Assembly (NCBI GenBank): GCA_036338595.1
Contig: JAYZBV010000065.1
Span: forward strand, 17,502 to 81,501
Direction: 5' to 3'
From: Planctomycetota bacterium
GTDB taxonomy: Bacteria; Planctomycetota; UBA8108; UBA1146
DNA: 64,000 nt
Position 1 is the stretch's first letter, and each line of letters begins with the position of its first letter. Below, piece after piece: positions 28,395-38,814 of this stretch. Both the position numbers and the translations under genes were made by a program. Below the pieces are notes generated by a model that had not been told where the DNA came from, did not search any database, and saw only the letters and a program-made list of their open reading frames with translations.

Positions 28395-29615
28395 TTAGCG
28401 AATCTCGGTGTATCTCCCCTGATTTGCGTGGGCCAGCCGACGCAGGAATTCCCGGGCCTGGGGAAGGTCCTGGCGCGGGGCATCTCCTGCAAACAACCCG
28501 ATGCAGTGGATACGGGTACCTCGATAGCGATTCCATCGGGTCACCGCATCGAGGATCAGGGTGAGCGAGGTCTCTTCCCCCACCGTCGGGCTTCCATCGG
28601 AGAGGAGATAAATGGTGTCGACCTCGCGATCGGAGAAGGCAGCCTCCAGCGCACCGTAGGAGTTGGTCTCGCCACCGGCTCGCAGACCATCTACGAACTG
28701 GAGAGCCTTCTTGAGGATCGGGCCTCGAGCCTTGACCAGCGATGGAGAAAATCTCATCACATCCTCGGAGAAGGCGACCACCGAGAAGCGGCTCTTCGGG
28801 TCCAGACCGGATTCAAGTGCGCGACGTAATTCAGTCCTGGCGACCTCGATTCTCGATCCCCCCACCGATGTCTCCGCAAGCATGCTCCCCGATACATCTA
28901 ACAAGAAGATGACGCGCTCGCTGACGATCTCCCCGTACAGTCCCTGACGAACCGCAGTCGGTAGGCTCTTCTGTTCATCATCTGCTTCGTCGGCGTCCGG
29001 TGGAGGAGGCTGCCAGTCCTGCTGATGATCTCGCCACCAGATTCTCCATTGATCCGCTTCAGGCGGTAGCGTATGTCCCGTAAGAGTGATCAGTGCCTCT
29101 CGGAAGTCCTCGAGCAATCGACCCCGGGCATCGGGCATCCTGTCGATCAGTGCTTTCACCGTCTCGGCTGCCCTGTGGTCTCGCAATCCGCGGATTGCCT
29201 CTGATACCACCAACCAGGATCGGTCCTTCAATCTCAGCAACAGTTCCGGGCGAGAAAGACTCTGGGGCCATGCACGCAGCACCCGCAATGCATCCAGGCG
29301 CCTGGACGGATCCTTCGAATTCCTCGCTGCAGTTCGGATCGCCTCTCTTGCCCCCTCCGATTCGAAAGTACGGAGCAGGCGCAACGCTTCCTGATGCACG
29401 AGCAAGCTCTCGTGTGCCATCCCGAATCGCAACATCAGTTCAGCACTCTCTTCTTGATCCTGCCCACCCAGTGTCTCGATGGCATCGCAGATGGCAGATT
29501 CATCTCGCATCTGAAGAGCTGACATCAGCGCATCTCGCGCCTTCGCCATTTCATCGATATGAATCGGACCTGCCAGATTCAGTGCCATCGCCAGTGCCAG
29601 CAGTGGATGGATCAT
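28395..29615 (-). CDS. Exported HEAT-repeat plus von Willebrand factor A domain protein
   Basis: Signal peptide, HEAT-like repeats (L-DRSWLV--EAI--L), MIDAS DVSGSM, GETN, IYLLSDGSP. Confidence 0.85.
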   Translation of the reverse strand: MIHPLLALAMALNLAGPIHIDEMAKARDALMSALQMRDESAICDAIETLGGQDQEESAELMLRFGMAHESLLVHQEALRLLRTFESEGAREAIRTAARNSKDPSRRLDALRVLRAWPQSLSRPELLLRLKDRSWLVVSEAIRGLRDHRAAETVKALIDRMPDARGRLLEDFREALITLTGHTLPPEADQWRIWWRDHQQDWQPPPPDADEADDEQKSLPTAVRQGLYGEIVSERVIFLLDVSGSMLAETSVGGSRIEVARTELRRALESGLDPKSRFSVVAFSEDVMRFSPSLVKARGPILKKALQFVDGLRAGGETNSYGALEAAFSDREVDTIYLLSDGSPTVGEETSLTLILDAVTRWNRYRGTRIHCIGLFAGDAPRQDLPQAREFLRRLAHANQGRYTEIR

Positions 29616-30259
29616 CGGGCCCCCTGGTCGTTGCCCTGAGCCCCGAGTTCCTCCTCGACGATCTTCCGGGCGGCAATCCTCAGTTCTTCACGGTCATTGC
29701 AAGTCTCCAGGATCTGCTCGCTGATCATCCGATCCAGTGCGCGAGCCAGAGCGTCCCGATGGCCCGAGTGACTGCGAAGTAACAGCGTGACCAGTTCATC
29801 GACGAGGTGATCCGAGGAGATCTCTGCCAGCAAGCGTGGAGATCTTGAAGCACTGCGATGCAGGTCGTCTCCCGCTCGGGGAAGATCCTGGGTCTTGTCG
29901 GCAGCCATTGCAATCAGGTCGGTCACACGCTCCTGATTGCGAAGGACCGAACAATCTACTTCTGTCAGACAACCATCGTAATCGTGCGGGAGAAGACATA
30001 CCGAACCGAGTTCGATCACCTCACCCGGTGAAATGCTACGAACCTCGATTCTCTCTCCACCAACGAAGGTACCGTTTGAACTGCCGAGGTCAGCAACCAC
30101 GATACGATCGCCATCGACGGTCAGTGCACAATGCTGCCTACTCAGAATGGGATCCTCAAGTTGCACGGCACAACTACGCGATCGTCCCAGTGTGATGGTG
30201 CCTTCATCGAGCGGCAATTGCCTGGGCATTCCATCATGTATCAGCAACCGAAGATTCAT
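29612..30259 (-). CDS. FHA domain protein
   Basis: LGRS, LSRQHC, DLGSSNGTFV; GAAGGAG RBS before ATG 30259. Confidence 0.88.
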   Translation of the reverse strand: MNLRLLIHDGMPRQLPLDEGTITLGRSRSCAVQLEDPILSRQHCALTVDGDRIVVADLGSSNGTFVGGERIEVRSISPGEVIELGSVCLLPHDYDGCLTEVDCSVLRNQERVTDLIAMAADKTQDLPRAGDDLHRSASRSPRLLAEISSDHLVDELVTLLLRSHSGHRDALARALDRMISEQILETCNDREELRIAARKIVEEELGAQGNDQGAR

Positions 30260-30260
30260 G

Positions 30261-30677
30261 TCACTCCTTCTCGGCACCCGTGATGGCTTGCTGTTGAAAG
30301 AACACAGGTAACCGACGCGGCCTGCCGCGATCTACATCGATACAGGCCAGAGTAGTGGATCCAGTACACACTGTATCTCCACGAGGCGAGGTGATGGTGT
30401 AACCCAGTTGAAGCCTGGCACCCCTGGCCTCTACAAGATGGGTCTCGACCGTCAAGAGATCGTCGTAAAGTGCTGGATACTGGTAGCTAACCGCGACTTC
30501 CGAGACGAGAAACCGAATCCCATCCTTTTCCAGTTCTTGATACGGCATTCCCAGTTCTCTCAGCCATTCTGTCCTGGCAGTCTCGAACCAGACGACATGG
30601 CGAGAATGATGGGCGATTCCTCCCTGGTCCGTCTCTTCATATCGGACTCGAATGGTGCTCGTTCCCGTGATGGTCAT
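30261..30677 (-). CDS. Acyl-CoA thioesterase (YbgC/4HBT family)
   Basis: RVRYEETDQGGIAHHS----WFETARTEW, Y--PALYDD. Confidence 0.88.
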   Translation of the reverse strand: MTITGTSTIRVRYEETDQGGIAHHSRHVVWFETARTEWLRELGMPYQELEKDGIRFLVSEVAVSYQYPALYDDLLTVETHLVEARGARLQLGYTITSPRGDTVCTGSTTLACIDVDRGRPRRLPVFFQQQAITGAEKE

Positions 30678-30685
30678 CTGCGCTC

Positions 30686-30955
30686 CTACTGCCTGGAGTC
30701 GGTTCCGTCAGTTTCTTTCCGAAACCTGTGCTCAAACATCCTGCGAATCTCAGCCTGCGGGTACTTCAGTTTTCTCAAGTTCAGGTAGGAATTGACCATC
30801 TTCACAGTCCGCGCATCATACAGATATCGGCCAGTATCGGTGATCTTGGCCGGCTCGATCAGCCTGGATGTGACCAGGCTCTGGAGCAACTGCCGGGTGA
30901 TTCCGGTCCTCTCCATGAGATCCCTGGGTTTCATCAGTTCCGCATCTGAAGCCAT
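30686..30955 (-). CDS. Small MerR-family HTH protein
   Basis: LMERTGITRQLL-----LIEP----TGRYLYD; lacks effector domain. Confidence 0.75.
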   Translation of the reverse strand: MASDAELMKPRDLMERTGITRQLLQSLVTSRLIEPAKITDTGRYLYDARTVKMVNSYLNLRKLKYPQAEIRRMFEHRFRKETDGTDSRQ

Positions 30956-31020
30956 GGAATCAGGCTATCACGGGGTCCTTCGCCTGTGAACGCACGGTAT
31001 CCTCGGAACCAGGAGGAATC

Positions 31021-31806
31021 GTGCATACAGGGACACCATGGGAAGTACTTCATCTCGAGCAGACTTCCAGCACTCAACAGGAAGCTCGCAGATTGTGTCT
31101 GCTGGAGCCCGGTGTTCGCCGAGCGATACGATCGGACAAACAACTCGCCGGGCGAGGACGAAGGGGGAATTCCTGGGCCAGTCCCGAAGGTGGTCTCTGG
31201 TGTACTCTCACCCTCCCCTGCCGCGAAGGTCCTGACCCATTCCATAACCTGGTGGTCGCACTGGCAGCTCTGAGGGCGGTTTCCGATGGCCTCGGAGCGG
31301 GACACCATCGGCTGGCACTGAAGTGGCCCAATGATCTGATCTTCGACGGCCGAAAATGGGGTGGTGTTCTTGCAGAGGTGATTGGCTCCGGGAAGCAACA
31401 GGAAGTCCTGTTCGGAATCGGTCTCAACCTGCAAATCAGCGAGAATCAACTGAAGGACCAGCGGGAGATCCCCTCTGGGGCCACCTCAATCCTTTCAGAA
31501 TTCGGCCACAGTCCCTCCCCCGAAGCGGTGCTGGAAAGTATCCTTTCACACCTCGACCAACTTCTTGAGGAGGACGGCACAGAAGTGGGTAGAGAGAGAA
31601 TCCGGCTCCAGATCGCCGAGGTGCTCGACACCATCGGGCGTCGGATTTGCTGGGTGGCCCAGGGAGACGAGGACGGCGAGGGGGAAGCGACAGGAATCGC
31701 CACGGACGGAGCGCTCATCGTAGAGATGGGCTCGCCGACTCCGGGGCGGGTCTGCCAGCTTCGATCGGCAGAGATCTCGCATGTGAGGGTTCAGAACGAG
31801 CGTTGA
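31021..31806 (+). CDS. birA: Biotin--[acetyl-CoA-carboxylase] ligase (no HTH)
   Basis: STQ, QLAGRGRRGNSWASP-GGL, LKWPNDL, K-GGVL-E, GIGLN. Confidence 0.9.
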   Translation: MHTGTPWEVLHLEQTSSTQQEARRLCLLEPGVRRAIRSDKQLAGRGRRGNSWASPEGGLWCTLTLPCREGPDPFHNLVVALAALRAVSDGLGAGHHRLALKWPNDLIFDGRKWGGVLAEVIGSGKQQEVLFGIGLNLQISENQLKDQREIPSGATSILSEFGHSPSPEAVLESILSHLDQLLEEDGTEVGRERIRLQIAEVLDTIGRRICWVAQGDEDGEGEATGIATDGALIVEMGSPTPGRVCQLRSAEISHVRVQNER

Positions 31807-31834
31807 AACCTGGGATACCAACGGAAGGGTAGCT

Positions 31835-33457
31835 TTGAGCAGCGAGGATCATCGACCTTCACGATGGATCGAGCAGTGCTGGGAGCCATTCGTCTCCGAG
31901 CACCCGGAGCGCATCGATTCCTTCCACAGTGCCAGCGGAATCCCGATCGACCCGCTCTATTGCCGAGACAGCAGCGAGGCAGGTCCGGGGGAGTTCCCCT
32001 TCACTCGAGGAATCCACCCGAGCATGTACCGTGGTCGAATCTGGACGATGCGACAGTATGCCGGTTATTCGTCGCCAGCCGAAACCAACCAACGCTTCCG
32101 ATTCCTGCTCGAGCAGGGGCAGACAGGACTCTCGGTCGCCTTCGACCTTCCTACTCAGATCGGGTACGACTCGGATGATCCGCAATCGCTGGGTGAAGTG
32201 GGACGGGTCGGTGTTCCGATCAGTACCGTGGATGATCTCGATGAATTGCTCGAGGGGATTCCGCTCGATTCTGTAAGTATCTCGATGACGATCAACTCGA
32301 CGGCGCCATTACTGCTGGCGATGTTACTCGCTGTCGCAAAAAGACACGGAGTCTCTCCCGCCCAGATCCGAGGTACTCTTCAAAACGACATCCTCAAGGA
32401 ATACAGCGCCAGAGGGACCCAGCGGTTTCCCGTCGAAGCTTCGATGAGACTGGTGGTCGATGTGATCGAGCACTGTTCGGGTGAGGTCCCTGCCTTCTAC
32501 CCCATCAGTATCAGCGGATATCACATCCGGGAGGCTGGTTCGACTGCAACTCAGGAGATCGCCTTCACGCTCGCCAACGGCATCGCCTATCTCGAAGCGT
32601 GCCGCGATCGTGGCCTGGACCTGGTGGCTGTGGGAAGAAGGCTGTCCTTCTTCTTCAATGCTCATAATCAATTCTTCGAGGAGATCGCAAAGTTCAGAGC
32701 TGCCCGCAGAATCTGGGCACGGATCTGTCGAGATCGATTTGGCATCGAGGATGACCGAGCTTGCCAGCTGAGATTTCATACCCAAACCGGTGGTTCCACA
32801 CTGCAAGCAGTCGAACCCGCCAACAACATCGTGAGGGTTACACTCCAGGCTCTCTCTGCCGTACTCGGTGGCACACAATCTTTACATACCAATGGCTGGG
32901 ACGAGGCGTTATCTCTGCCCTCGGAAGAGGCTGCCCGACTGGCACTGAGAACCCAGCAGGTCATCGCCAGCGAATCAGGCGTGACCGACACTGCCGATCC
33001 GCTCGGTGGATCACCCTTCATCGAGGAGTTGACCGATCAGATGGATCGAGCGGCGTCCGACATCATCCAGGAAATAGATGAGCGCGGTGGCATGCTCCGC
33101 TCGATAGAAGATGGCTTCGTTCGAAAGGCCATCGAACAGAGCGCCTATGAAGCACAGGTGGCTCGTGATTCGGGAGAGACGCTTCCGGTCGGCTCGGAAG
33201 AGGGTGGGGAAATTCCAGATGCCCCCTTCCATGTGGATCCTGTGGTCGAGCAGCAACGCATCGAGCGGCTAGTTCAATTCAGGGCAAATCGAGACCCCCG
33301 TTCGGTGGAATCTGCAATGACTCAACTCGAGGAAGACGCCCAGGGATCCGTGAACCTGATGCCGTCATTGATCCGCGCCATGGAATCTGGATGCACACTC
33401 GGTGAGGTATCGAGCACTCTGGCGAGCGTGTTCGGGGAGTATCAAGATCATGGGTAG
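31835..33457 (+). CDS. Methylmalonyl-CoA mutase, substrate-binding subunit
   Basis: [17 protein letters not shown] (Tyr), [23 protein letters not shown] (Arg), [20 protein letters not shown]. Confidence 0.92.
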   Translation: MSSEDHRPSRWIEQCWEPFVSEHPERIDSFHSASGIPIDPLYCRDSSEAGPGEFPFTRGIHPSMYRGRIWTMRQYAGYSSPAETNQRFRFLLEQGQTGLSVAFDLPTQIGYDSDDPQSLGEVGRVGVPISTVDDLDELLEGIPLDSVSISMTINSTAPLLLAMLLAVAKRHGVSPAQIRGTLQNDILKEYSARGTQRFPVEASMRLVVDVIEHCSGEVPAFYPISISGYHIREAGSTATQEIAFTLANGIAYLEACRDRGLDLVAVGRRLSFFFNAHNQFFEEIAKFRAARRIWARICRDRFGIEDDRACQLRFHTQTGGSTLQAVEPANNIVRVTLQALSAVLGGTQSLHTNGWDEALSLPSEEAARLALRTQQVIASESGVTDTADPLGGSPFIEELTDQMDRAASDIIQEIDERGGMLRSIEDGFVRKAIEQSAYEAQVARDSGETLPVGSEEGGEIPDAPFHVDPVVEQQRIERLVQFRANRDPRSVESAMTQLEEDAQGSVNLMPSLIRAMESGCTLGEVSSTLASVFGEYQDHG

Positions 33458-33878
33458 AAGCGGACCGATCAGGGTGTTACTGGCAAAGCCTGGACTCGAT
33501 GGCCATGATCGGGGAATCCGCCTCGTTCTTCGCGCCCTGCGAGATGCCGGTATGGAGGTGATCTATACCGGCCTGCGATCCACACCGGAGCAGATCGTCC
33601 GAGCTGCCGTCGAGGAGGATGTCGAGGCGATCGGGCTCTCCAGTCTCTCGGGTGCCCATCAGACACACTTCATCGAGGTCTCCAGACTGCTGGAGTCAGA
33701 GGGGGCTTCGGATGTGTTGTTGTTCGGGGGCGGTATCATTCCCAGGCAAGATGTGGAAAGCCTGGGTGCTGCTGGATTCGAGTGGATCTATCCACCGGGA
33801 ACCACGCTGGATCAAATCGTCTCCGATCTCAGAGCCGAACTCCGGCCCGGATCGGTGACCGGGGAGAGCACCTCATGA
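33450..33878 (+). CDS. Methylmalonyl-CoA mutase, cobalamin-binding subunit
   Basis: [25 protein letters not shown]. Confidence 0.92.
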   Translation: MGRSGPIRVLLAKPGLDGHDRGIRLVLRALRDAGMEVIYTGLRSTPEQIVRAAVEEDVEAIGLSSLSGAHQTHFIEVSRLLESEGASDVLLFGGGIIPRQDVESLGAAGFEWIYPPGTTLDQIVSDLRAELRPGSVTGESTS

Positions 33879-34321
33879 GTTCGCTCCAGCTGGACCACAT
33901 TGGCATTGCCGTCCGTTCCATCGATGCAGCGCTACCTCTCTGGAGAGATGCCCTGCACGCCACGATAGGATCTCGAGAGACGATCCCATCGGAACTGGTC
34001 GAAGTGCAATTCCTGAAGACCGGAGCGACCACCACGGAACTTGTCGAGCCTACCTGTGATGAATCACCTGTTCATCGATTTATCGAAAAGCGGGGCGAGG
34101 GACTTCATCATGTCGCATACAGGGTCGAAAATCTCGGTGAAACGATGGGCAGACTCTCTGCTGCAGGATCGACCCTGATCTACCCCCAACCGAGGCGGGG
34201 CAGTCACGAGACGCTGATCAACTTCATCCATCCCTCCTCCACCGGTGGGATTCTGATCGAACTGGTGGAGTATCCGCAGGTGGGCTCCGGAAAATCCGCT
34301 GAAGAGGAGATCGACAGTTGA
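33875..34321 (+). CDS. mce: Methylmalonyl-CoA epimerase
   Basis: [35 protein letters not shown]. Confidence 0.92.
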   Translation: MSSLQLDHIGIAVRSIDAALPLWRDALHATIGSRETIPSELVEVQFLKTGATTTELVEPTCDESPVHRFIEKRGEGLHHVAYRVENLGETMGRLSAAGSTLIYPQPRRGSHETLINFIHPSSTGGILIELVEYPQVGSGKSAEEEIDS

Positions 34322-35865
34322 AGGAAAAAAATCGAACCGAAGCGAGGAAGCGCCTCGAGGCAGCGATCCTCGGTGGTGGTGAAGCTCGTATCGAGCGTCA
34401 GCACGGAGCCGGAAAACTGACAGCGAGGGAGCGCGTCGCAGTGCTTCTCGACGAGGGTACATTCCAGGAGTTGGATGCTTTCGTGACCCATCGCTGCAAC
34501 GACTTCGGCATGGAAAAGCGGCGAGTGCCAGGAGATGGCGTCGTCACCGGCTGGGGAGAGATCGATGGACGTCGGGTGTTTCTCTACAGCCAGGACTTCA
34601 CTGTCGAGGGAGGAAGTCTCTCGGCAACAAATGCAGCGAAAATCTGCAAGGTGATGGATATGGCTCTCAAGGCAGGCACTCCGCTGCTTGGCCTCAATGA
34701 CTCCGGTGGAGCACGAATTCAGGAGGGGGTTGCAAGCCTCGGCGGCTACGCCGACATCTTTCTGCGCAACACCCTGGCATCCGGAGTGATCCCTCAGTTG
34801 AGTGCCATCCTCGGCCCCTGCGCCGGGGGAGCAGTCTACTCACCTGCATTGACCGATTTCATCTTCATGGCCGAGGGCACCAGTTACATGTTCGTGACCG
34901 GACCCAGTGTCGTCAAAACAGTCACTCATGAGGAAGTGACCCAGGAAGAACTGGGCGGCGCCTCGACGCATGCTACCCGCAGCGGGGTCTCTCATTTTCG
35001 CTGTCAGGATGACCGTCATTGCCTGGACGAGATGCGGAGACTGCTCTCCTACCTGCCTTCGAATAATCTCGAGAGTCCACCGGAGCAACCCTGTAGCGAC
35101 CCCATCGACCGAGCCGATGCCGAACTGGCGACGATCGTCCCGGAGAGTCGGGAAAAACCCTATGACATGCATGAAGTGCTGCGCCGAGTGGCCGATCAGG
35201 ATTCCCTGATGGAGGTACAGCCTGACTTCGCTCGAAACATGATCACGGCGTTTGCCCGATTCGATGGAAAACCGGTCGGAATCGTCGCAAATCAACCCTC
35301 GGTTCTGGCGGGTTGTCTCGATATCCATGCCAGCGTGAAGGCGGCCCGATTCGTCAGGTTTCTCGACTGCTTCAACATTCCGATCATCAGTTTTGTGGAT
35401 GTCCCCGGATTCTTGCCTGGCACTGACCAGGAGTGGAATGGAATCATCTCTCACGGGGCCAAGTTGTTGTACGCCTACTGCGAGGCGACCGTGCCAAAAC
35501 TGACAGTGATCACACGAAAAGCGTATGGTGGCGCCTACGATGTCATGTCATCGAAGCACATCCGTGGAGACCTGAACCTCGCCTGGCCATCCGCCGAGAT
35601 TGCAGTGATGGGTGCTCCAGGAGCGGTCGAAATCCTATTCAGGAAGGAACTCGCGGATTCGGACAATCCAGAAGAAGTGGCCGCTGCCCACACCAGTGAG
35701 TACGAGGAGCTGTTCGCCAATCCATTCACTGCTGCAGAAAGAGGGTACATCGATGCCGTCATCGAAGAACCGGAAACCAGGCGACGCCTGATAGAAGGAC
35801 TTCGCCTGTTGGCCGGCAAGAGAGACCAGAACCCTCAGAAGAAACACGGGAACATCCCTCTATGA
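34318..35865 (+). CDS. pccB: Acyl-CoA (propionyl-CoA) carboxylase carboxyltransferase subunit
   Basis: [64 protein letters not shown]. Confidence 0.9.
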   Translation: MKEKNRTEARKRLEAAILGGGEARIERQHGAGKLTARERVAVLLDEGTFQELDAFVTHRCNDFGMEKRRVPGDGVVTGWGEIDGRRVFLYSQDFTVEGGSLSATNAAKICKVMDMALKAGTPLLGLNDSGGARIQEGVASLGGYADIFLRNTLASGVIPQLSAILGPCAGGAVYSPALTDFIFMAEGTSYMFVTGPSVVKTVTHEEVTQEELGGASTHATRSGVSHFRCQDDRHCLDEMRRLLSYLPSNNLESPPEQPCSDPIDRADAELATIVPESREKPYDMHEVLRRVADQDSLMEVQPDFARNMITAFARFDGKPVGIVANQPSVLAGCLDIHASVKAARFVRFLDCFNIPIISFVDVPGFLPGTDQEWNGIISHGAKLLYAYCEATVPKLTVITRKAYGGAYDVMSSKHIRGDLNLAWPSAEIAVMGAPGAVEILFRKELADSDNPEEVAAAHTSEYEELFANPFTAAERGYIDAVIEEPETRRRLIEGLRLLAGKRDQNPQKKHGNIPL

Positions 35866-37388
35866 GTCGTAAGAAATCGAGAAAAATCTGCAAGGTGTTG
35901 GTCGCCAATCGTGGAGAGATTGCCATCCGGGTCTTCCAGTGCTGCCGTGAGCGCCAGATAGAAACGGTGGCGGTCCATTCGGAGGCAGACGCCACGGCAC
36001 CGCATCGATTCGCCGCCGATGAATCGATTCTGATCGGTCCAGCTGCCCCTTCTGAATCGTATCTGCGCATCGATGCGATTCTTGAAGCAGCCCGGAAATC
36101 GGGAGCAGATGCAATTCACCCCGGTTACGGATTCCTGTCGGAAAATGCAGAATTCGCCAGGGCTGTCGAGGCAGCAGGCATCATCTTCATCGGCCCCACT
36201 CCCGACCAGATTGCCTCGATGGGAGACAAGGTACAGGCCCGCAAATTGATGGCGGCGGCATCGGTACCGGTGATCCCCGGAACCGATGGGCCCATCGATG
36301 ATGAGAAGAGCCTCGAGAAAGAAGCTCAACGCATCGGCTTCCCGCTGCTGATCAAGGCAGCCGGTGGCGGCGGTGGCAAGGGGATCAGAAGAGTAGATGA
36401 ATCAGCAGAGTTGATCTCCGCCTGGGAGAGGACCCGATCCGAGGCGCAATCTGCTTTTGGTGACGGGCGCGTTTACCTCGAGAGATTTGTCAGCCCCGCA
36501 CGCCACATCGAAGTTCAGGTGGTCGGAGATGGCAAGGGAGCGGTCTGGTTCCTCGGTGAACGAGAGTGTTCTCTTCAGAGAAATCACCAGAAGGTGCTGG
36601 AGGAGAGCCCTTCCCCGGTGATCGATGAAGAAATCAGGGCAAAATTGCGCGCTGCTGCCATCGCAGGAGCCGCATCGATCCAGTACCGCGGCGCAGGCAC
36701 GATGGAGTTCCTCTTCGACCAGCATAGTCGCGAGTTCTTCTTTCTCGAGATGAACACCAGGCTCCAGGTGGAGCACCCTGTCACGGAGATGGTCACGGGA
36801 ATTGATCTTGTCGGATTGCAACTCGATGTGGCCAGTGGAATGACACTGGAGCATGACCCGGATCTGCCTCGACGCGGCTGGTCTATCGAATTCCGTATCT
36901 GTGCCGAAGATCCTTACCGCAACTTTCTTCCTTCCACCGGTCAGATTCGTGCGCTCAGAATCCCCCACGCCCCCTTCTCACGCATCGACGGCGCTCTCAG
37001 GGAAGGGCTGGAGATCACCCCCTATTACGATCCGATGCTGGCCAAGGCGATCGTCTGGGGAGAGAACCGCAAGGCTGCTGTCGACCGTCTCACAGCGCTG
37101 CTCTCACGCCTGCGAATCGGCGGTATTCACACCACGGTTCCACTCGGAATACAGATCTGCAATCAGGGCTGGTTCCTCGATGGCGACTTCGACACGGGCA
37201 CACTCGAGTCGTGGCTGGCAGACCGATCTCAACGCAGTGATGTTCCCGATGACATCCAATTGATCGCCGCAGTGATTGCCCGACATGCACTGAGTTCTGC
37301 ACGGTCGCACTCTTCTCCTGGCGAACCAGGAGGTGGTGCCTGGGGATTGGCTGCCAGAAAAGGTGGAGTCAGGGGGCCCCTGACATGA
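35862..37388 (+). CDS. Biotin carboxylase subunit of acyl-CoA carboxylase
   Basis: [55 protein letters not shown]. Confidence 0.92.
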   Translation: MSRKKSRKICKVLVANRGEIAIRVFQCCRERQIETVAVHSEADATAPHRFAADESILIGPAAPSESYLRIDAILEAARKSGADAIHPGYGFLSENAEFARAVEAAGIIFIGPTPDQIASMGDKVQARKLMAAASVPVIPGTDGPIDDEKSLEKEAQRIGFPLLIKAAGGGGGKGIRRVDESAELISAWERTRSEAQSAFGDGRVYLERFVSPARHIEVQVVGDGKGAVWFLGERECSLQRNHQKVLEESPSPVIDEEIRAKLRAAAIAGAASIQYRGAGTMEFLFDQHSREFFFLEMNTRLQVEHPVTEMVTGIDLVGLQLDVASGMTLEHDPDLPRRGWSIEFRICAEDPYRNFLPSTGQIRALRIPHAPFSRIDGALREGLEITPYYDPMLAKAIVWGENRKAAVDRLTALLSRLRIGGIHTTVPLGIQICNQGWFLDGDFDTGTLESWLADRSQRSDVPDDIQLIAAVIARHALSSARSHSSPGEPGGGAWGLAARKGGVRGPLT

Positions 37389-37915
37389 AGTACCGGGTGG
37401 AATGGGATGATCAAGATCGCGAAGTGATAGCCCACAGTGATCCACTCGGCAGGGAATGGCGCTTCGAGATGCCGGATGGCCGTATCATCGATGCCAGGGT
37501 AGAAACGCTCGAAGAAGGTGCAGTGCTACGATTGATCATCGGGGGTGAAAGCCGAACCCTGTCGCTGTTACCCGGTAATCGAGCAGGAGAAGCGGTTCGA
37601 TTTCTACTCGATCATACGCCGATGGAACTGGACGTGCTCGACCCGATCGATCTGATCACTCGCGAGGTTGGACCTGGACCAGGAGCCTCTGGCCGTCAGG
37701 AGATTCACAGCGTCATGCCGGGAATCATCAAGAAACTACTGGTGGCAGCGGGAACCGAGGTGGAAACGGGAGCCCCCCTGATGCTGCTGGAGGCGATGAA
37801 GATGGAGAACGAAATCCTGTCCCCGGCGGCGGGGACAATTCAGGAGATTCTGGTTGCAGAAGGAGAAGCCGTGGCAGCGGGCGCACTCTTGATGGTGATC
37901 GAGCTTTCCAGCTGA
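37385..37915 (+). CDS. Biotin carboxyl carrier protein
   Basis: MPG-I, EAMKMENE biotinylation motif. Confidence 0.9.
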   Translation: MKYRVEWDDQDREVIAHSDPLGREWRFEMPDGRIIDARVETLEEGAVLRLIIGGESRTLSLLPGNRAGEAVRFLLDHTPMELDVLDPIDLITREVGPGPGASGRQEIHSVMPGIIKKLLVAAGTEVETGAPLMLLEAMKMENEILSPAAGTIQEILVAEGEAVAAGALLMVIELSS

Positions 37916-37935
37916 TCGACGGCCGATGGTACTGA

Positions 37936-38814
37936 TTATCCGAACGGATCCGAATCCACAACAGGCTTCTTCTTGGGCTTTTCCTTCTTGTCGCCCTGCT
38001 TCTGGGTGGGGTCAGCTGCATCCTTCGGAACCGTGATTCCTGTACCAGCACATCCCTTGCAGGTGAGATTCTTTTCCCCCATGCAGTCTTCGCACTTCTC
38101 GGGAAACTTGCCTTTTCCCGAACATTCCTTGCACTCGCTTCGCTTCTTACCCTTGCAGATGGGACATACGATCTTGCCCTTGCCACTGCAGTCCCGGCAA
38201 CGCGTTTTCACTTTTTTTCCCTGGACTGGATCAAATCTCTCGTAAGTTCCCGCACCTCCACATCGGCGACAATCCAGCAGTGAATCCTCAACACCAGCAC
38301 AGGTGACACATTTTTTTCCTTCACCGGTACTCGCACATCGAGAACACGGAATCGAGATGGCGCCACTTCCATCGCAGACCTTGCACGGGGCCTTTCCGAC
38401 GGCGGCACAGAGTCGGCACCACTTTTCTGGATTTTCTTTTTTCCTCGCCTCGATTTCTACCGCTGGCAGTATTGCGAGTACCATCTTTTCTTGATCAAAC
38501 ATCTTTTTCTCGTGACACCAGGCGAGCAGTTCCTTGTAACCCTTCAGATCGTCTGGTTTCAGAGCGTCCAGGCGCCTCGTGAACTCCTCCGTTGACAGTT
38601 CTCCCCGCGTGATCTTCTCGATCGCTTTCAGTTGCAGTGTCATCACTGCTCGAGACTTCCCGATGACCACCTCGATCTTCAGTTCCTTCGCCGATTCTGA
38701 CAGGATTTTCCCCTCGAGTGATTTTCCAGACTTGAGAAGGACCACATCTGCAGTCAACACTTCAGGCATCCAGAGCAGAAAAAGCACGCTGAAGCCGATG
38801 ATCAGGATTCGCAT
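37936..38814 (-). CDS. Secreted protein with DnaJ-like CxxCxGxG repeats
   Basis: Signal peptide, DVVLLKSGKSLEGKI motif, ten CxxC pairs. Confidence 0.75.
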   Translation of the reverse strand: MRILIIGFSVLFLLWMPEVLTADVVLLKSGKSLEGKILSESAKELKIEVVIGKSRAVMTLQLKAIEKITRGELSTEEFTRRLDALKPDDLKGYKELLAWCHEKKMFDQEKMVLAILPAVEIEARKKENPEKWCRLCAAVGKAPCKVCDGSGAISIPCSRCASTGEGKKCVTCAGVEDSLLDCRRCGGAGTYERFDPVQGKKVKTRCRDCSGKGKIVCPICKGKKRSECKECSGKGKFPEKCEDCMGEKNLTCKGCAGTGITVPKDAADPTQKQGDKKEKPKKKPVVDSDPFG

